From Candidatus Gottesmanbacteria bacterium (GTDB lineage: Bacteria; Patescibacteriota; Microgenomatia; UBA10105; UBA927), in NCBI GenBank assembly GCA_023245335.1, contig JAHFKK010000001.1:427282-491281 (forward strand): a stretch of DNA of 64,000 nucleotides. The letters are read 5' to 3'. A program made the translations under genes and the position numbers. Positions 28,698-39,483 of the stretch are shown one piece after another (positions within the stretch are counted from its first letter, which is position 1; each line of letters opens with the position of its first letter). The notes beneath the pieces are model-generated. The model was not told where the DNA came from and ran no database searches. It saw only the letters and a list, made by a program, of their open reading frames with translations.

Positions 28698-29258
28698 ATG
28701 TCACGAATAGGCAATACACCAGTAGAGATTCCGAAAGAAGTCACGACAGTCGTCGCGGCGGACTCGGTAACGATCAAAGGTCCCAAAGGGGAATTAGTTT
28801 TTCCCGTGCCGCACGGCATAGTGGTGAAAGCCGAGGGGATGACGCTTGTCGCGACACGGAAACGAAACGATACGGCCGTGAAAGCACTGCATGGCACTAT
28901 GGTCGCGCTTCTTACCAATGCGGTAACGGGCGTGACCAAAGGATGGACCAAGCAGCTGGAACTTCAGGGCGTCGGGTATCGGGCAGCTCTTTCCGGCGCT
29001 GATTTGGTCCTCAACGTAGGATTTTCACACCAGGTGACCATAAAGCCTCCCGCAGGAATTACGTTTGCCGTCACGGAAGGCAAGATTTCCGTTTCCGGAG
29101 TAGATAAGTATCTCGTCGGACAAGTGGCCGCTTCCATACGGGACGTCAAACCGCCAGAGCCGTATAAAGGCAAAGGCATCAGGTACGTCGGCGAATATGT
29201 CCGGAAGAAAGCAGGCAAATCTGCAAAAGCAGTCGGGGGAGCCCCGGGAGCCAAATAA
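28698..29258 (+). CDS. rplF: 50S ribosomal protein L6
   Basis: 'MSRIG', 'GVGYRA', 'PPEPYKGKGIRY'. Confidence 0.98.
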   Translation: MSRIGNTPVEIPKEVTTVVAADSVTIKGPKGELVFPVPHGIVVKAEGMTLVATRKRNDTAVKALHGTMVALLTNAVTGVTKGWTKQLELQGVGYRAALSGADLVLNVGFSHQVTIKPPAGITFAVTEGKISVSGVDKYLVGQVAASIRDVKPPEPYKGKGIRYVGEYVRKKAGKSAKAVGGAPGAK

Positions 29259-29264
29259 ACCTAT

Positions 29265-29594
29265 ATGAAAACACGAAAAGAAATGCGCGCGAAACGTAAA
29301 TTAGCAAGTCGGGTACTCGTCCGGGGCAGCGAAGCCCGTCCGAGACTTGCCGTATACCGGTCAAATACGAGGATTTCGGCACAGCTTATAAATGATGATG
29401 CCAGGGTAACCTTCCTGACTGCATCCGTGAAAGGCAAAAATTCAGCGGCCGCGACCGCTCTGGGAAAAGAGATTGCAGAAAAAGCAAAAGCCAAAAAAAT
29501 AAGCACGGTCGTTTTTGACCGCGCAGGGTTCCGATATCACGGGGTCGTCAAGGCTGTGGCTGATGCCGCCCGTGCCGGAGGATTGGTGTTTTAA
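29265..29594 (+). CDS. rplR: 50S ribosomal protein L18
   Basis: 'RPRLAVYRSN', 'VVFDRAGFRYHG'. Confidence 0.97.
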   Translation: MKTRKEMRAKRKLASRVLVRGSEARPRLAVYRSNTRISAQLINDDARVTFLTASVKGKNSAAATALGKEIAEKAKAKKISTVVFDRAGFRYHGVVKAVADAARAGGLVF

Positions 29595-29605
29595 AAAGGA
29601 GACCT

Positions 29606-30091
29606 ATGGATAACAATCGCAGAAGTCGTTCATACAATCAGGTACCGAGTGAGTTCGAAGAAAAAGTCGTCCAGGTCAATCGTGTTTCCAAAAAGACCAA
29701 AGGCGGCAATAAGATCGGATTTTCCGTTTTGGTCGTCGTCGGAGACAAAAAAGGTCGTGTCGGTGTCGGCTTGGGCGGGGCGCCGGATGTATCGTCAGCC
29801 GTGAAAAAAGCGGTTCTCTATGCACGGAAACACCTGTTTACCATACCGATGAAAAAAAGCACCATCCCGCATGTCGTATTTGTGAAAGTCGGGGCTGCGA
29901 AAATCATGCTGAAGCCAGCTCCTCCCGGAACGGGAGTCATCGCCGGAGGTCCGGTACGGTCCGTCGTGGAAGCTGCTGGCATTCGTGACATAAGCTCCAA
30001 GATTTTGGGAACCAAAAATAAAGCATCCAACGTCTATGCGACGATGGAGGCTTTGAAGCAATTGAAGCCGGCGCGGGCCGCACGATCATAA
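29606..30091 (+). CDS. rpsE: 30S ribosomal protein S5
   Basis: 'NRVSKKTKGG', 'PAPPGTGVIAGG'. Confidence 0.98.
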   Translation: MDNNRRSRSYNQVPSEFEEKVVQVNRVSKKTKGGNKIGFSVLVVVGDKKGRVGVGLGGAPDVSSAVKKAVLYARKHLFTIPMKKSTIPHVVFVKVGAAKIMLKPAPPGTGVIAGGPVRSVVEAAGIRDISSKILGTKNKASNVYATMEALKQLKPARAARS

Positions 30092-30095
30092 CTAT

Positions 30096-30530
30096 ATGCA
30101 CACATCACAGTTACCATCTGTCGTAGACAGAAGTCATAAACGCCTCGGACGGGGACATGGGTCCGGCCGCGGGAAGACGTCAGGACGAGGCACCAAAGGG
30201 CAAAAAGCTCGCGGGACAATCCCTCCGTATTTCGAAGGGGGACAGCTATCGGTTTTTGAGCGGATGCCGTATTTGCGGGGCAAGCTTCGCAACAAATCAC
30301 TGAAGGCGAAACCCGTCATTATACAAGTCGGCGCTTTGAGTGTATTACCCGCGAAATCAACCGTCACGTTGGCGGCACTCCAAAAAGCTGGTATGGTGGA
30401 AGAAGATACCACAGGCGTAAAGATACTTTCAGGTGGTACGCTTACGGTCGCGCTGACGGTTGAAGTCCCGTGTTCTGAAGGGGCGAAGCGTGTCATAGAA
30501 AAAGCAGGTGGTAGTGTCACCCGTGTATGA
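30096..30530 (+). CDS. rplO: 50S ribosomal protein L15
   Basis: '[24 protein letters not shown]', 'FEGGQ'; follows rpsE directly with no rpmD. Confidence 0.98.
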   Translation: MHTSQLPSVVDRSHKRLGRGHGSGRGKTSGRGTKGQKARGTIPPYFEGGQLSVFERMPYLRGKLRNKSLKAKPVIIQVGALSVLPAKSTVTLAALQKAGMVEEDTTGVKILSGGTLTVALTVEVPCSEGAKRVIEKAGGSVTRV

Positions 30531-31813
30531 ACACATTCATCACTGCCCTCGTCAACAGTTGGAAAACGCCTGAACTCCGGCGGAAGATAGTCCTCACGCT
30601 CGCTTTATTTGTCGTATTCCGCATTTTTGCTCATATCCCTATTCCAGGAATTGACCGTGCGAAGCTTGCCCTTCTATTTTCCCAGAATCAATTTTTGGGA
30701 CTTCTGGATATCTTTTCCGGAGGGACGCTCGTGAACTTTTCTGTTCTTGCACTGGGACTCAATCCATATATCAACGCATCCATCATTCTTCAGTTATTGA
30801 CGATCGTGTTTCCGAAATTAGAAGAACTACAAAAAGAGGGTGAGTACGGGCAGGAAAAAATAAATCAATATACGCGGTTTATCACCGTGCCGCTTGCGGT
30901 GGTACAGTCGATCGGTATGTATCTCCTCTTACGGAATCAGGGTATCGTCAGTGCGCTTAATCCGATTACGCTTCTTTCTATAGTGCTGACGATGACCGCC
31001 GGAACCATATTTGTCATGTGGTTGGGCGAGCTCATCACGGAGTATGGAGTGGGGAACGGCATATCGCTTCTTATATTTGCGGGTATCGTCGGCCGTATGC
31101 CGGTCGCGTTTTTCCAGACGGCAAGTGTCGTCCGTCCGGAAGCGATTACCAATATCATTATATTTGTCGTCATGGCACTGGTCGTCATAGCTGGTACTGT
31201 TTTTATGAACGAAGCCGTGCGAAGGATACCAGTACACTATGCCCGACGGATACGGGGAAACAAAATTTATGGAGGAAATACGTCCTATCTACCGCTACGG
31301 GTAAATCAGGCCGGAGTGATCCCTATCATATTTGCGGTATCGCTTGTCCTTCTGCCGTCACTTTTGGGAGGATTTCTGCAGCAATTGCATAATCCTGCTC
31401 TTTCGGGGCTTGGAAGATTTTTTACCACGGTATTCAATCCCAACAGTCTCTCATATAACGCTATCTATTTTCTTCTGGTTATAGGATTTACCTATTTTTA
31501 TACAGCGATCACTTTCAATCCAACCAAGATTGCCGGAGAGATCCAGAAGTACGGCGGATTTATCCCCGGGATACGTCCGGGGAGTCCGACAGCCGCTTAC
31601 CTCAACTACATCCTGACCCGCATAACGCTTGCCGGTGCTTTGTTCCTGGGAGTCCTTGCAATATTTCCGGCAATTGCCCGGGGTATTTCCGGACTCACGA
31701 CGTTACTCGTCGGGGGAACGGGAGTTCTCATCGTCGTATCGGTCGTTCTTGAGACAGTGAAGGCCTTGGAAGCGCAGCTAGTCATGAGAAATTACGAAGG
31801 CTTTTTGGAGTAA
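30527..31813 (+). CDS. secY: preprotein translocase SecY
   Basis: '[11 protein letters not shown]', '[12 protein letters not shown]', 'GVIPIIFA', 'FIPGIRPG'. Confidence 0.99.
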   Translation: MNTFITALVNSWKTPELRRKIVLTLALFVVFRIFAHIPIPGIDRAKLALLFSQNQFLGLLDIFSGGTLVNFSVLALGLNPYINASIILQLLTIVFPKLEELQKEGEYGQEKINQYTRFITVPLAVVQSIGMYLLLRNQGIVSALNPITLLSIVLTMTAGTIFVMWLGELITEYGVGNGISLLIFAGIVGRMPVAFFQTASVVRPEAITNIIIFVVMALVVIAGTVFMNEAVRRIPVHYARRIRGNKIYGGNTSYLPLRVNQAGVIPIIFAVSLVLLPSLLGGFLQQLHNPALSGLGRFFTTVFNPNSLSYNAIYFLLVIGFTYFYTAITFNPTKIAGEIQKYGGFIPGIRPGSPTAAYLNYILTRITLAGALFLGVLAIFPAIARGISGLTTLLVGGTGVLIVVSVVLETVKALEAQLVMRNYEGFLE

Positions 31814-31828
31814 AGGAGAGTACTCATT

Positions 31829-32404
31829 ATGCATATCGTATTTTTTGGGCCGGAGGGATCCGGGAAGGGTACCCAGGCGAAACTTTTAAGCGACGCGTTG
31901 CATTTAGCTATACTGACATCCGGCGATCTTGTCCGCGATGCGGCGACCAACGATCAGGGCATCATCGGTGAAGTTTGCCGTCAGGCGCTTTCCGAAGGAA
32001 AATATGTCGCGGACAGCGAAATGTTTGTTCTTTGGAAGCACCGTCTCAAGCAGGACGATGCGATGGGCGGATGGATCATGGACGGATTTCCCAGGAACGT
32101 AGAACAAGCGAAGTTTTTGGATGACAAGATTGATAAATACGGCTATAAAGTAGAAAAAGTCATTTATCTCAACCTTTCCGAAGAGGAATCTATTCGAAGA
32201 CTTTTGAAGCGTGCCCGGCCTCTCCATTCCGGAAGCACTGAACTCCATGATTCTCCTGAACGCATCAAACAGCGGTTGTCTATATATAAGGAAGGCGAGA
32301 AGAATGTGCTTGAGTACTACCGTCAAAAAGGCATCCTCGTCGAGATAAATGCAGACCGTTCGATCGAAGACGTACATCAGGATATTTTGTCCCACGTAAA
32401 ATGA
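31829..32404 (+). CDS. adk: adenylate kinase (short LID)
   Basis: 'GPEGSGKGTQA', 'SGDLVR', 'DGFPR'. Confidence 0.92.
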   Translation: MHIVFFGPEGSGKGTQAKLLSDALHLAILTSGDLVRDAATNDQGIIGEVCRQALSEGKYVADSEMFVLWKHRLKQDDAMGGWIMDGFPRNVEQAKFLDDKIDKYGYKVEKVIYLNLSEEESIRRLLKRARPLHSGSTELHDSPERIKQRLSIYKEGEKNVLEYYRQKGILVEINADRSIEDVHQDILSHVK

Positions 32405-32955
32405 GTGACGCATTGACGCTCGTTGCTATCGTTGGCCTTCCCGGCTCAGGTAAAACTGTCGCCGCGGATTTTTTCCGCTCACACGGGTTTACTGTTCTTC
32501 GGTTCGGAGATCAGACGGATATAGGACTCAAGGAACTGGGGTTGCCGATGAATGAGGTAAATGAACGAACCTATAGGGAGAATATCCGTAAAGAATTAGG
32601 CATGGCAGCCATGGCGATAAAGATAGAGCCCAGGATTACTGCGGCATCGAAAGAAAGCAACAGAATAGTACTCGATGGCATGCGGAGTTTCGAAGAATAT
32701 GTATACCTCAAGGGTAAATTTCCCTTTCTTACCGTTCTTTGCATTTTCGCTCCTCCTCACGTGAGGTATGAACGGCTGGCAGCCCGAAAGGTCCGTCCGT
32801 TAACCAGGGAAGAATCAAAAGCCCGTGACATGTCGGAAATTACGGCGTTAAACTCCGGCGGTCCCATAGCAATCGCGGATTACCTTATCCAAAACGAAGG
32901 CTCGTCCGATACATTTGCATCGGAGCTCGAACGGTATCGAGAGACACTATCATGA
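32401..32955 (+). CDS. P-loop kinase, dephospho-CoA kinase/UPF0200-like
   Basis: 'GLPGSGK', 'DGMRS.EE', 'R.ERL..R..R', 'GGPIAIADY.I.N'. Confidence 0.75.
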   Translation: MSDALTLVAIVGLPGSGKTVAADFFRSHGFTVLRFGDQTDIGLKELGLPMNEVNERTYRENIRKELGMAAMAIKIEPRITAASKESNRIVLDGMRSFEEYVYLKGKFPFLTVLCIFAPPHVRYERLAARKVRPLTREESKARDMSEITALNSGGPIAIADYLIQNEGSSDTFASELERYRETLS

Positions 32956-33731
32956 AACAGCAGAATACGGAAAAAAAGATTATTGCAATGACTGAAGGCG
33001 GCGCTAAGATGGGTGCGATTCTTTCGGAGCTTCTTGCATTTTCGCAGCCCGGCGTGACGCTTATAGAAGTGGAGGAGCTTGCTATGAAGCGGATTAAAGA
33101 ATCCGGCGGGCAGCCTTCATTTACGACGGTCGAAGATTATAAGTGGGCGACCTGCCTTTGTGTAGACGACGTCATCGTACACGGCATTCCGAATGGCAGA
33201 GTCCTAAAAGACGGCGATGTGTTTACCATCGACGTCGGTATGATTTATAAGGGATACCATACAGATACAGCATGGACGAAGATCATCGGTACGGAAACGG
33301 ATAGCGTAAAACTTGCGAAGAACGAAGCGTTTTTGGAAGCAGGTCGCGAGGCCCTGCGGCAGGCGATAGCGGTCGCACGGCCGGGCAACCGCATCGGGCA
33401 TATTTCCCAGATTACTCAGCGTATCGTTGAGGGCGCGGGGTATGGAGTCGTTACGTCACTTGTTGGTCACGGAGTAGGTGAAGAGCTCCATATGCCTCCA
33501 CAGATCCCGGGCTATCTCAAAGGAAAAATTGAATCCACATTGCCGCTCCGTCCCGGCATGACCATCGCCATCGAAATTATCTACAGCATGGGGAATCCGG
33601 CAGTATACTATGTCAATGAAGACGGCTGGTCGATCGCGACTCGGGACCACTCACTTTCGGCGGTTTTCGAGCAAACAGTACTCATTACAGAAGGTGACCC
33701 CGTTGCCCTGACTCCGGTTCCGGAAGTATAG
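32952..33731 (+). CDS. map: type I methionine aminopeptidase
   Basis: 'VHGIP', 'IDVG..KGYHTD', 'GHGVG..LH', 'TIAIE', 'FEQT'. Confidence 0.96.
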   Translation: MKQQNTEKKIIAMTEGGAKMGAILSELLAFSQPGVTLIEVEELAMKRIKESGGQPSFTTVEDYKWATCLCVDDVIVHGIPNGRVLKDGDVFTIDVGMIYKGYHTDTAWTKIIGTETDSVKLAKNEAFLEAGREALRQAIAVARPGNRIGHISQITQRIVEGAGYGVVTSLVGHGVGEELHMPPQIPGYLKGKIESTLPLRPGMTIAIEIIYSMGNPAVYYVNEDGWSIATRDHSLSAVFEQTVLITEGDPVALTPVPEV

Positions 33732-33776
33732 TAATCCTCTTGACGCTAAAGCTACGATTAGAGTATCCTCAAGTGC

Positions 33777-35777
33777 ATGAAGAAATTATTCCAGATAGCC
33801 GGAGTATTCATTCTTCTGGGAGTCATTGGATTTTTTTATCGACAACGGTCGCTTGCTCCCACGCATCACATCAAGCTCTATTGGTTTATTCCGGACGGCG
33901 TACGGGCGGAGCCCTCGGTATTCACCGTCTTTGAATGGGCGAAGGAAGGGAAACTTCCTAATATCAAAAAACTCATGGATCGGGGAACCTACGGATATTC
34001 CTATCCCAATTTCCCGAGTCACACTCCCACGAACTTTGCCGCACTTCTCACCGGTACATATCCTGAGGTAAACGGCGTCGATGATGGTCCGATGCGCGAG
34101 GTGGGGAAACCTCTTAACGCAGTTGCCGTTCCCGGTTTCCGGTCGACTGCGAAGAAAGTTCCTCCTATTTGGAAAACATTAGAAGACGCGGGGATGAAGG
34201 TCGCCATATTGTCTGTGCCGGGCTCAACGCCGCCGGAGGTCCAAAAAGGCGTCGTTATCCGTGGGAGATGGGGCGGGTGGGGCGCTGATTTCAATGCAAT
34301 TAATTTTGAAACAAAGGGAGACCTCGAACAGCGGGTGAAGCAAGGGAGAGCGGTGCGCCTTTTCTATTTTGGTGCCGTACTCACCAACTATGTCGACGGT
34401 ACGACCCCGGAAGGATGGGAGAATGCACCGAAAAGTTATACACCCCCCGTAGAAATTCCGCTCCTTGGATGGGGGAAGACGATCTACGCCTATATGTATG
34501 ATTCCAAAGATGACAGCAAACCGGTTTTTGACCGTGTAGCGTTTTCTTTGGATAAGAAGACGATACTTGGCGATATACCTGCGGGTGACTGGACGGATTG
34601 GAAACCTGTTACGTTAGTCTGGAAAACAGCAGATGCATCGGTAAACGTCCCGTCTCATTTTCGTGCGACCGTCATCAAGCTCGGCGACAGCGGATTTTTC
34701 CGTATCAGAATCGTCTACGATACGCTCAACAGGTATATAACCTTCCCGGATACAGCATCCGATATGCTGGAAGCATCTGTTGGTCCCATGGTGGATTTTG
34801 CCGATAATTATCCTGCACAGCTTATTTATTATCCTGAAGATAAAAAGACATTCATGGATGAGTCTGACTTTTCATTTGACTGGCATACCCGCGCGGTGTC
34901 GGCTCTTTCCAAAGATTTTTCACCGGATGTCGTCATTCATGATATCTATACCCCGAACCAGATGCTGACGAGCAAATGGTGGATGGGATATGTCGATCCC
35001 TCCGGAAGCGGATACAATACGTTGCCGGCAGCCGAACGCGAAAAACTTTGGCAGGAAGTCCAGGGCATGTATAAAAAGCTGGATGCCATGGTAGGGGAAA
35101 TACTCAAGGTTTCTGATTCGCAAACATATATCGTCTTCAGTTCCGATCATGGTGCGGTGCCCCTCAATCAAAACGTCAACCTCAACAATCTTTTTGCCAA
35201 AAAAGGCTGGTTGAAATTTACGATCGATCCCAAAACAGGCGAACCAAATATCGACTGGGCGCATTCACAAGTCATATATCTAAAAATGGCACACGTATAC
35301 GTGAATCCCAATGGTTTAGCAGGTCCTTATGTGCGGGCAAGCGGCCCGACATATGAAGCACTCCGCGAGGAAGTCATTCAGACTTTGAAGGATCTCCGGG
35401 ATGATAACGGGAATGCACCGGTTGTCGACATCGTCAAATGGGAGAACGCGAAGGCATACATGCAACTGGATCCGGATAGGATCGGTGATCTGGTCATCGC
35501 AAACAGTCCAGGATTTGGATGGAACGAAGAGATGACCAATGATCTTGCTGTGTTTTCGACACCGGCAGTCACCGGATACAAACAGGCAATCAAGGCTATT
35601 GATGTTCCGGGGATGTGGACGCCGTTTATCATCGCCGGGCCAGGCATCAAGCAGAATAATTTCCTGGGGAATAAACCATTTACCCTCATCAATCAGTACC
35701 CGACCATTATGAAAGCTTTGGGGGTGAAAGTTCCCGCGTTCGTCCAGGGGAAGGCGCTCGATATCTTCTCGCGCTAA
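33777..35777 (+). CDS. alkaline phosphatase superfamily nucleotide pyrophosphatase/phosphodiesterase-like protein, N-terminally anchored
   Basis: 'FIPDG', 'PSHTPTNFAALLTG.YP..NG', 'SSDHG'; N-terminal TM helix. Confidence 0.85.
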   Translation: MKKLFQIAGVFILLGVIGFFYRQRSLAPTHHIKLYWFIPDGVRAEPSVFTVFEWAKEGKLPNIKKLMDRGTYGYSYPNFPSHTPTNFAALLTGTYPEVNGVDDGPMREVGKPLNAVAVPGFRSTAKKVPPIWKTLEDAGMKVAILSVPGSTPPEVQKGVVIRGRWGGWGADFNAINFETKGDLEQRVKQGRAVRLFYFGAVLTNYVDGTTPEGWENAPKSYTPPVEIPLLGWGKTIYAYMYDSKDDSKPVFDRVAFSLDKKTILGDIPAGDWTDWKPVTLVWKTADASVNVPSHFRATVIKLGDSGFFRIRIVYDTLNRYITFPDTASDMLEASVGPMVDFADNYPAQLIYYPEDKKTFMDESDFSFDWHTRAVSALSKDFSPDVVIHDIYTPNQMLTSKWWMGYVDPSGSGYNTLPAAEREKLWQEVQGMYKKLDAMVGEILKVSDSQTYIVFSSDHGAVPLNQNVNLNNLFAKKGWLKFTIDPKTGEPNIDWAHSQVIYLKMAHVYVNPNGLAGPYVRASGPTYEALREEVIQTLKDLRDDNGNAPVVDIVKWENAKAYMQLDPDRIGDLVIANSPGFGWNEEMTNDLAVFSTPAVTGYKQAIKAIDVPGMWTPFIIAGPGIKQNNFLGNKPFTLINQYPTIMKALGVKVPAFVQGKALDIFSR

Positions 35778-36397
35778 TTACTTTTCCCGCACAGCATGGT
35801 AATCATCTGCTGAGTGATTTCTTGTTCATGAGCAGTAAATTCTTTGGTAGGAGCGATAAGTTCTACCCGTAACGTAAGAGAATTAGCGGGACAATACATA
35901 AACATCATTATCCCTTTGTAGACTGCCTGATTTTGTGAGCAGGAACCGAACGTCATGCGGTTATTGAGATACCCTACGAAATAACGGGCATTGGTTCCAT
36001 CGGGAAGCTTAACAGTTTCATACCGGGGTGCGAAGCTCGGATCGCATACGATGGTGTCGGAAATATCTCCGGGGTACGGGGCCGGTGCTTTTTCAAAAAG
36101 CGCTTTCATGCGGATGATTGATGCATCGAGTTGTTTTTGTGCGTCTGCGGCATTGGTCGGTTGGGCTTCGATACGGATGTATCTGGTCCCGGATGCATAT
36201 AATGCGCGATAGGCAGCTTCGGTGTCCGTATACATTTCTTTCAGTCGGTAGGAGGAAATGCCAGGTATCGACACGCATGACAGATTACGGCACAGCGACG
36301 GGGAGATGAATTGGTGTGATAGGAAGATGCCGCTCACGATACAACCAATAAATATCACGGTCATACCAATGAGCATCCTGGTGTTCAAGAGGCGCAT
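35774..36397 (-). CDS. hypothetical membrane-anchored Cys-containing protein
   Basis: Single N-terminal TM helix and several Cys; start uncertain. Confidence 0.55.
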   Translation of the reverse strand: MRLLNTRMLIGMTVIFIGCIVSGIFLSHQFISPSLCRNLSCVSIPGISSYRLKEMYTDTEAAYRALYASGTRYIRIEAQPTNAADAQKQLDASIIRMKALFEKAPAPYPGDISDTIVCDPSFAPRYETVKLPDGTNARYFVGYLNNRMTFGSCSQNQAVYKGIMMFMYCPANSLTLRVELIAPTKEFTAHEQEITQQMITMLCGKSN

Positions 36398-36421
36398 ATT
36401 ATAATATGTCAACTATACCAT

Positions 36422-37834
36422 ATGATGGCGTTATACAAGATAAAAAAAGGATTGATAATTATTGCAGCGTCCCTGTGTGTCGGATATATCTTGTACCTTT
36501 TCGTAGTCCGAGTCGTACCCATATCAGGTCATACAGCGACCCGTGTCCCCATATGTCAGGGTTGCAATGTCGTCCTTATTGCCATTGATCCGTTTCGTGC
36601 AGACGGCCTCCATGTGCTTGGGAACCAAAGGACAATAACGCCAACTCTCGACCGGCTTGCACGGCAGGGATATTTGTTTACGAACGCGTTTGCCGTATCT
36701 TCGTGGACGCTTCCGTCTGCCATGAGTCTTATGACCGGCACGTACCCCTCGCAGCATAAAATTATAAACAAAGAACTCATCGGTCAGACCGAACAGCAAG
36801 GGATCGTTCCCGCTCGTCTTGCCGACACGAATCCGGGAATGGAAACCTTAGCATCCATTCTCAAGTCCCATGGGTATGTCACAGGAGGATTTGCCGGGGG
36901 GGCAGCGCTTGATCCGTCGTACGGATTTGATCGGGGGTTTGACCGGTATGTTAGTGATGGAGATTTTGAAGGGCTGCAAACAACACAACCCAAAGCCCTT
37001 GATTTCATACGATCGCACGTTCATGACCGTCTGTTTATTTTTTTGCACGGATTTGACGTGCATGGACAATATATCCCGCCGGAGGGATTAACCAAGAAAT
37101 ATATACCGCCAGGTTACAATGGAATGCTTACGGGATCAAAAGACGAACAAAAAGCATTACGAGAAGAAGGGGTGAAACAGCAATCAATTCACCTTACTCC
37201 TTTGGATGTCGGATTTCTCCGGGGAATCTATGACGAAAAAGTAGAGCGGGTTGATGCACAGATCGCAGAGTTTCTTGCGGCATATAAAGCACTGCATGTG
37301 AAAAATAAAACAGTCTTCATATTTACGTCGGATCATGGCGACGAATTTTATGAGCATGGCAGGATTGATCATGGCATGACCCTTTTTGATGAAGTTATTC
37401 ATGTGCCGCTTATTATTGTCGTTCCGGGAGTTTCTCCCGGATACCGTGTCACGGATCAGGTTCGAAATATCGATATTATGCCCACGATACTTTCTCTGGT
37501 GGGGCTTGTACCATCACCGGAGGGGAAACGCCAAATGGAGGGCGTGAGCATTATCCCATCCATGCAAGGCGAACATCAGCGTTTGGATCTTTTCGCCGAA
37601 ACATCTTACCGGTACGCAACTTTTGAGCGCGCGGTCAGAACGTGGGATGGATGGAAACTCATCTATGATCAGAATGCGTCAACAGATCACATATTTAATC
37701 TGAAAAGAGATCCCGCGGAACTGAGTGATTTAATATGGAAAAATAATGCAAAGGAACAGGAATTGATGACCAAGTTATTCCTATGGACAGATATGATTGA
37801 AAAATCCGTGACAGGGCGGAATGGACGACCATGA
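36422..37834 (+). CDS. sulfatase-like hydrolase/transferase (Thr-type motif)
   Basis: 'CQGCNVVLIAIDPFRAD', 'SSWTLPSAMSLMTG', 'TSDHGDEF.EHG', 'HVPLII'. Confidence 0.88.
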   Translation: MMALYKIKKGLIIIAASLCVGYILYLFVVRVVPISGHTATRVPICQGCNVVLIAIDPFRADGLHVLGNQRTITPTLDRLARQGYLFTNAFAVSSWTLPSAMSLMTGTYPSQHKIINKELIGQTEQQGIVPARLADTNPGMETLASILKSHGYVTGGFAGGAALDPSYGFDRGFDRYVSDGDFEGLQTTQPKALDFIRSHVHDRLFIFLHGFDVHGQYIPPEGLTKKYIPPGYNGMLTGSKDEQKALREEGVKQQSIHLTPLDVGFLRGIYDEKVERVDAQIAEFLAAYKALHVKNKTVFIFTSDHGDEFYEHGRIDHGMTLFDEVIHVPLIIVVPGVSPGYRVTDQVRNIDIMPTILSLVGLVPSPEGKRQMEGVSIIPSMQGEHQRLDLFAETSYRYATFERAVRTWDGWKLIYDQNASTDHIFNLKRDPAELSDLIWKNNAKEQELMTKLFLWTDMIEKSVTGRNGRP

Positions 37835-39447
37835 AGCATTTTTCCTCCGTATTCAATACTCGCTTCGTTATGCTTCTCCTTGCCATACTCATGTGTGCGG
37901 TTCTCTGGGAGTCGGGGATAGTAGGGAGGATAAGCCGTGATATATACGCGAGAATTCCGTTTGCCTTCGCTGGTATTCCTACATGTCCGGATTGTAATGT
38001 TATTCTCGTATCGTTGGACGTACTGCGGGCAGATGATTTACCGTGTTACGGATACAGCCGCAATACAGCTCCGAACTTATGCGCATTTGCTGAGCGCAAT
38101 ACGTATTTTACCCGTTTTTACTCCGTGTCTTCGTACACCCTGGACGATCATATTTCTATGGTTACCGGTCTGTATCCGTCGACGCATCACGTGCTCGTGC
38201 CTTTTCGGGATTCTCTTAACCCTTCGATTCCGACGCTTGCAGAATCCTTACAGGCCCATGGCTACCGGACTTTGTATTTAGGCGTGACGGACGACCCGAA
38301 TTTACCGCTCGATAAAGGCGTGGGGCGGGGATTTACTGAAATTCATAGGTTAGACAGAAGTGATTCGAGTTTACAGACTCAGTTACGAACTATCCTTCCT
38401 ACATTGCAGGACCATAAGCCGACGTTTCTTTTTGTCCATTCGTATCTTTTGCATGCCCCATTTCTTGTCGGTCCCGGCCCGAGACGATATGCAGAGGGTG
38501 CGTTCCCCGAGATCCCGCTGACGCCGAAGGAATATAAGGTCAATAGCATTCCGTTTTACGCATCGGTGCTTAATGAGCTCCAGCTTCGCGTAGACGCCAA
38601 CGATGCGCCGAAAAGCGTTCGTCGAAACACATCTATTATTTCGGATTTGTCCTCAGCCGTCGTCTCCGGTGATCTTACTCGCGCACAGGCGATCTTTTTG
38701 GGATCGTTATATTGGCTTGAACAAACGAACGCCTACGATATTTGGTATTGGAAACATATTGATCCGTATAACGATACGATGATTGCGTACCTGAGAGGAC
38801 TGTATGACGAGCGCATCAATACAGCGGACGACGCGCTGAAGCCGTTATTGGATTTTGTCGATCAGCCGGAAATGAAGCGAAAAACCGTGGTCATTATTAC
38901 GTCCGACCATGGGGAAGAATTTCAGGAACACGGCGAGTTTGGTCATGACTATAACCTCTATAACACATCGACCTACATTCCGTTTATCATCGCCGCCCCC
39001 AAAATACAACGGAGTATCAATAATTCACTCGCGCAGGTAACTGATATTTTCCCGACAGTTCTGGATTTGGTAGGAATACCTAAGCCCAGAGTAGAAGGAA
39101 AGAGTCTCTTGCCTCTATTGGTCGGGAGCGCTGGCGCAACAGGTGACCAGTATGCGGTAAGCGAGTATCGCGGAACCGTGATACAGTCAATTCAGGATGG
39201 TCGCTGGAAGCTGTATGTGCATCATGAAAATCCAAAGGCACCATGGGTAGAGCTGTATGATCTCGTAAGCGACCCGGGGGAGTACCATAATGTGTCAGGT
39301 GGTTTCCAAGCCGTACAAGAACGACTCACGAAGGCACTTGACGTAATACAAGAGAAAGCTCCGCGATACGCACCTGTCATCGGAGGATTTCCGGATTGGA
39401 TAGACAAAAAAAAGCAGAAGAATATCATTGAGCACGGATATTTTTGA
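37831..39447 (+). CDS. sulfatase-like hydrolase/transferase, paralog A
   Basis: 'CPDCNVILVSLDVLRAD', 'SSYTLDDHISMVTG', 'TSDHGEEF', 'ELYDL..DPGE'. Confidence 0.88.
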   Translation: MKHFSSVFNTRFVMLLLAILMCAVLWESGIVGRISRDIYARIPFAFAGIPTCPDCNVILVSLDVLRADDLPCYGYSRNTAPNLCAFAERNTYFTRFYSVSSYTLDDHISMVTGLYPSTHHVLVPFRDSLNPSIPTLAESLQAHGYRTLYLGVTDDPNLPLDKGVGRGFTEIHRLDRSDSSLQTQLRTILPTLQDHKPTFLFVHSYLLHAPFLVGPGPRRYAEGAFPEIPLTPKEYKVNSIPFYASVLNELQLRVDANDAPKSVRRNTSIISDLSSAVVSGDLTRAQAIFLGSLYWLEQTNAYDIWYWKHIDPYNDTMIAYLRGLYDERINTADDALKPLLDFVDQPEMKRKTVVIITSDHGEEFQEHGEFGHDYNLYNTSTYIPFIIAAPKIQRSINNSLAQVTDIFPTVLDLVGIPKPRVEGKSLLPLLVGSAGATGDQYAVSEYRGTVIQSIQDGRWKLYVHHENPKAPWVELYDLVSDPGEYHNVSGGFQAVQERLTKALDVIQEKAPRYAPVIGGFPDWIDKKKQKNIIEHGYF

Positions 39448-39483
39448 TATACTGGCTGAAGTTTGTGCAAGTAGAACGCCGCT

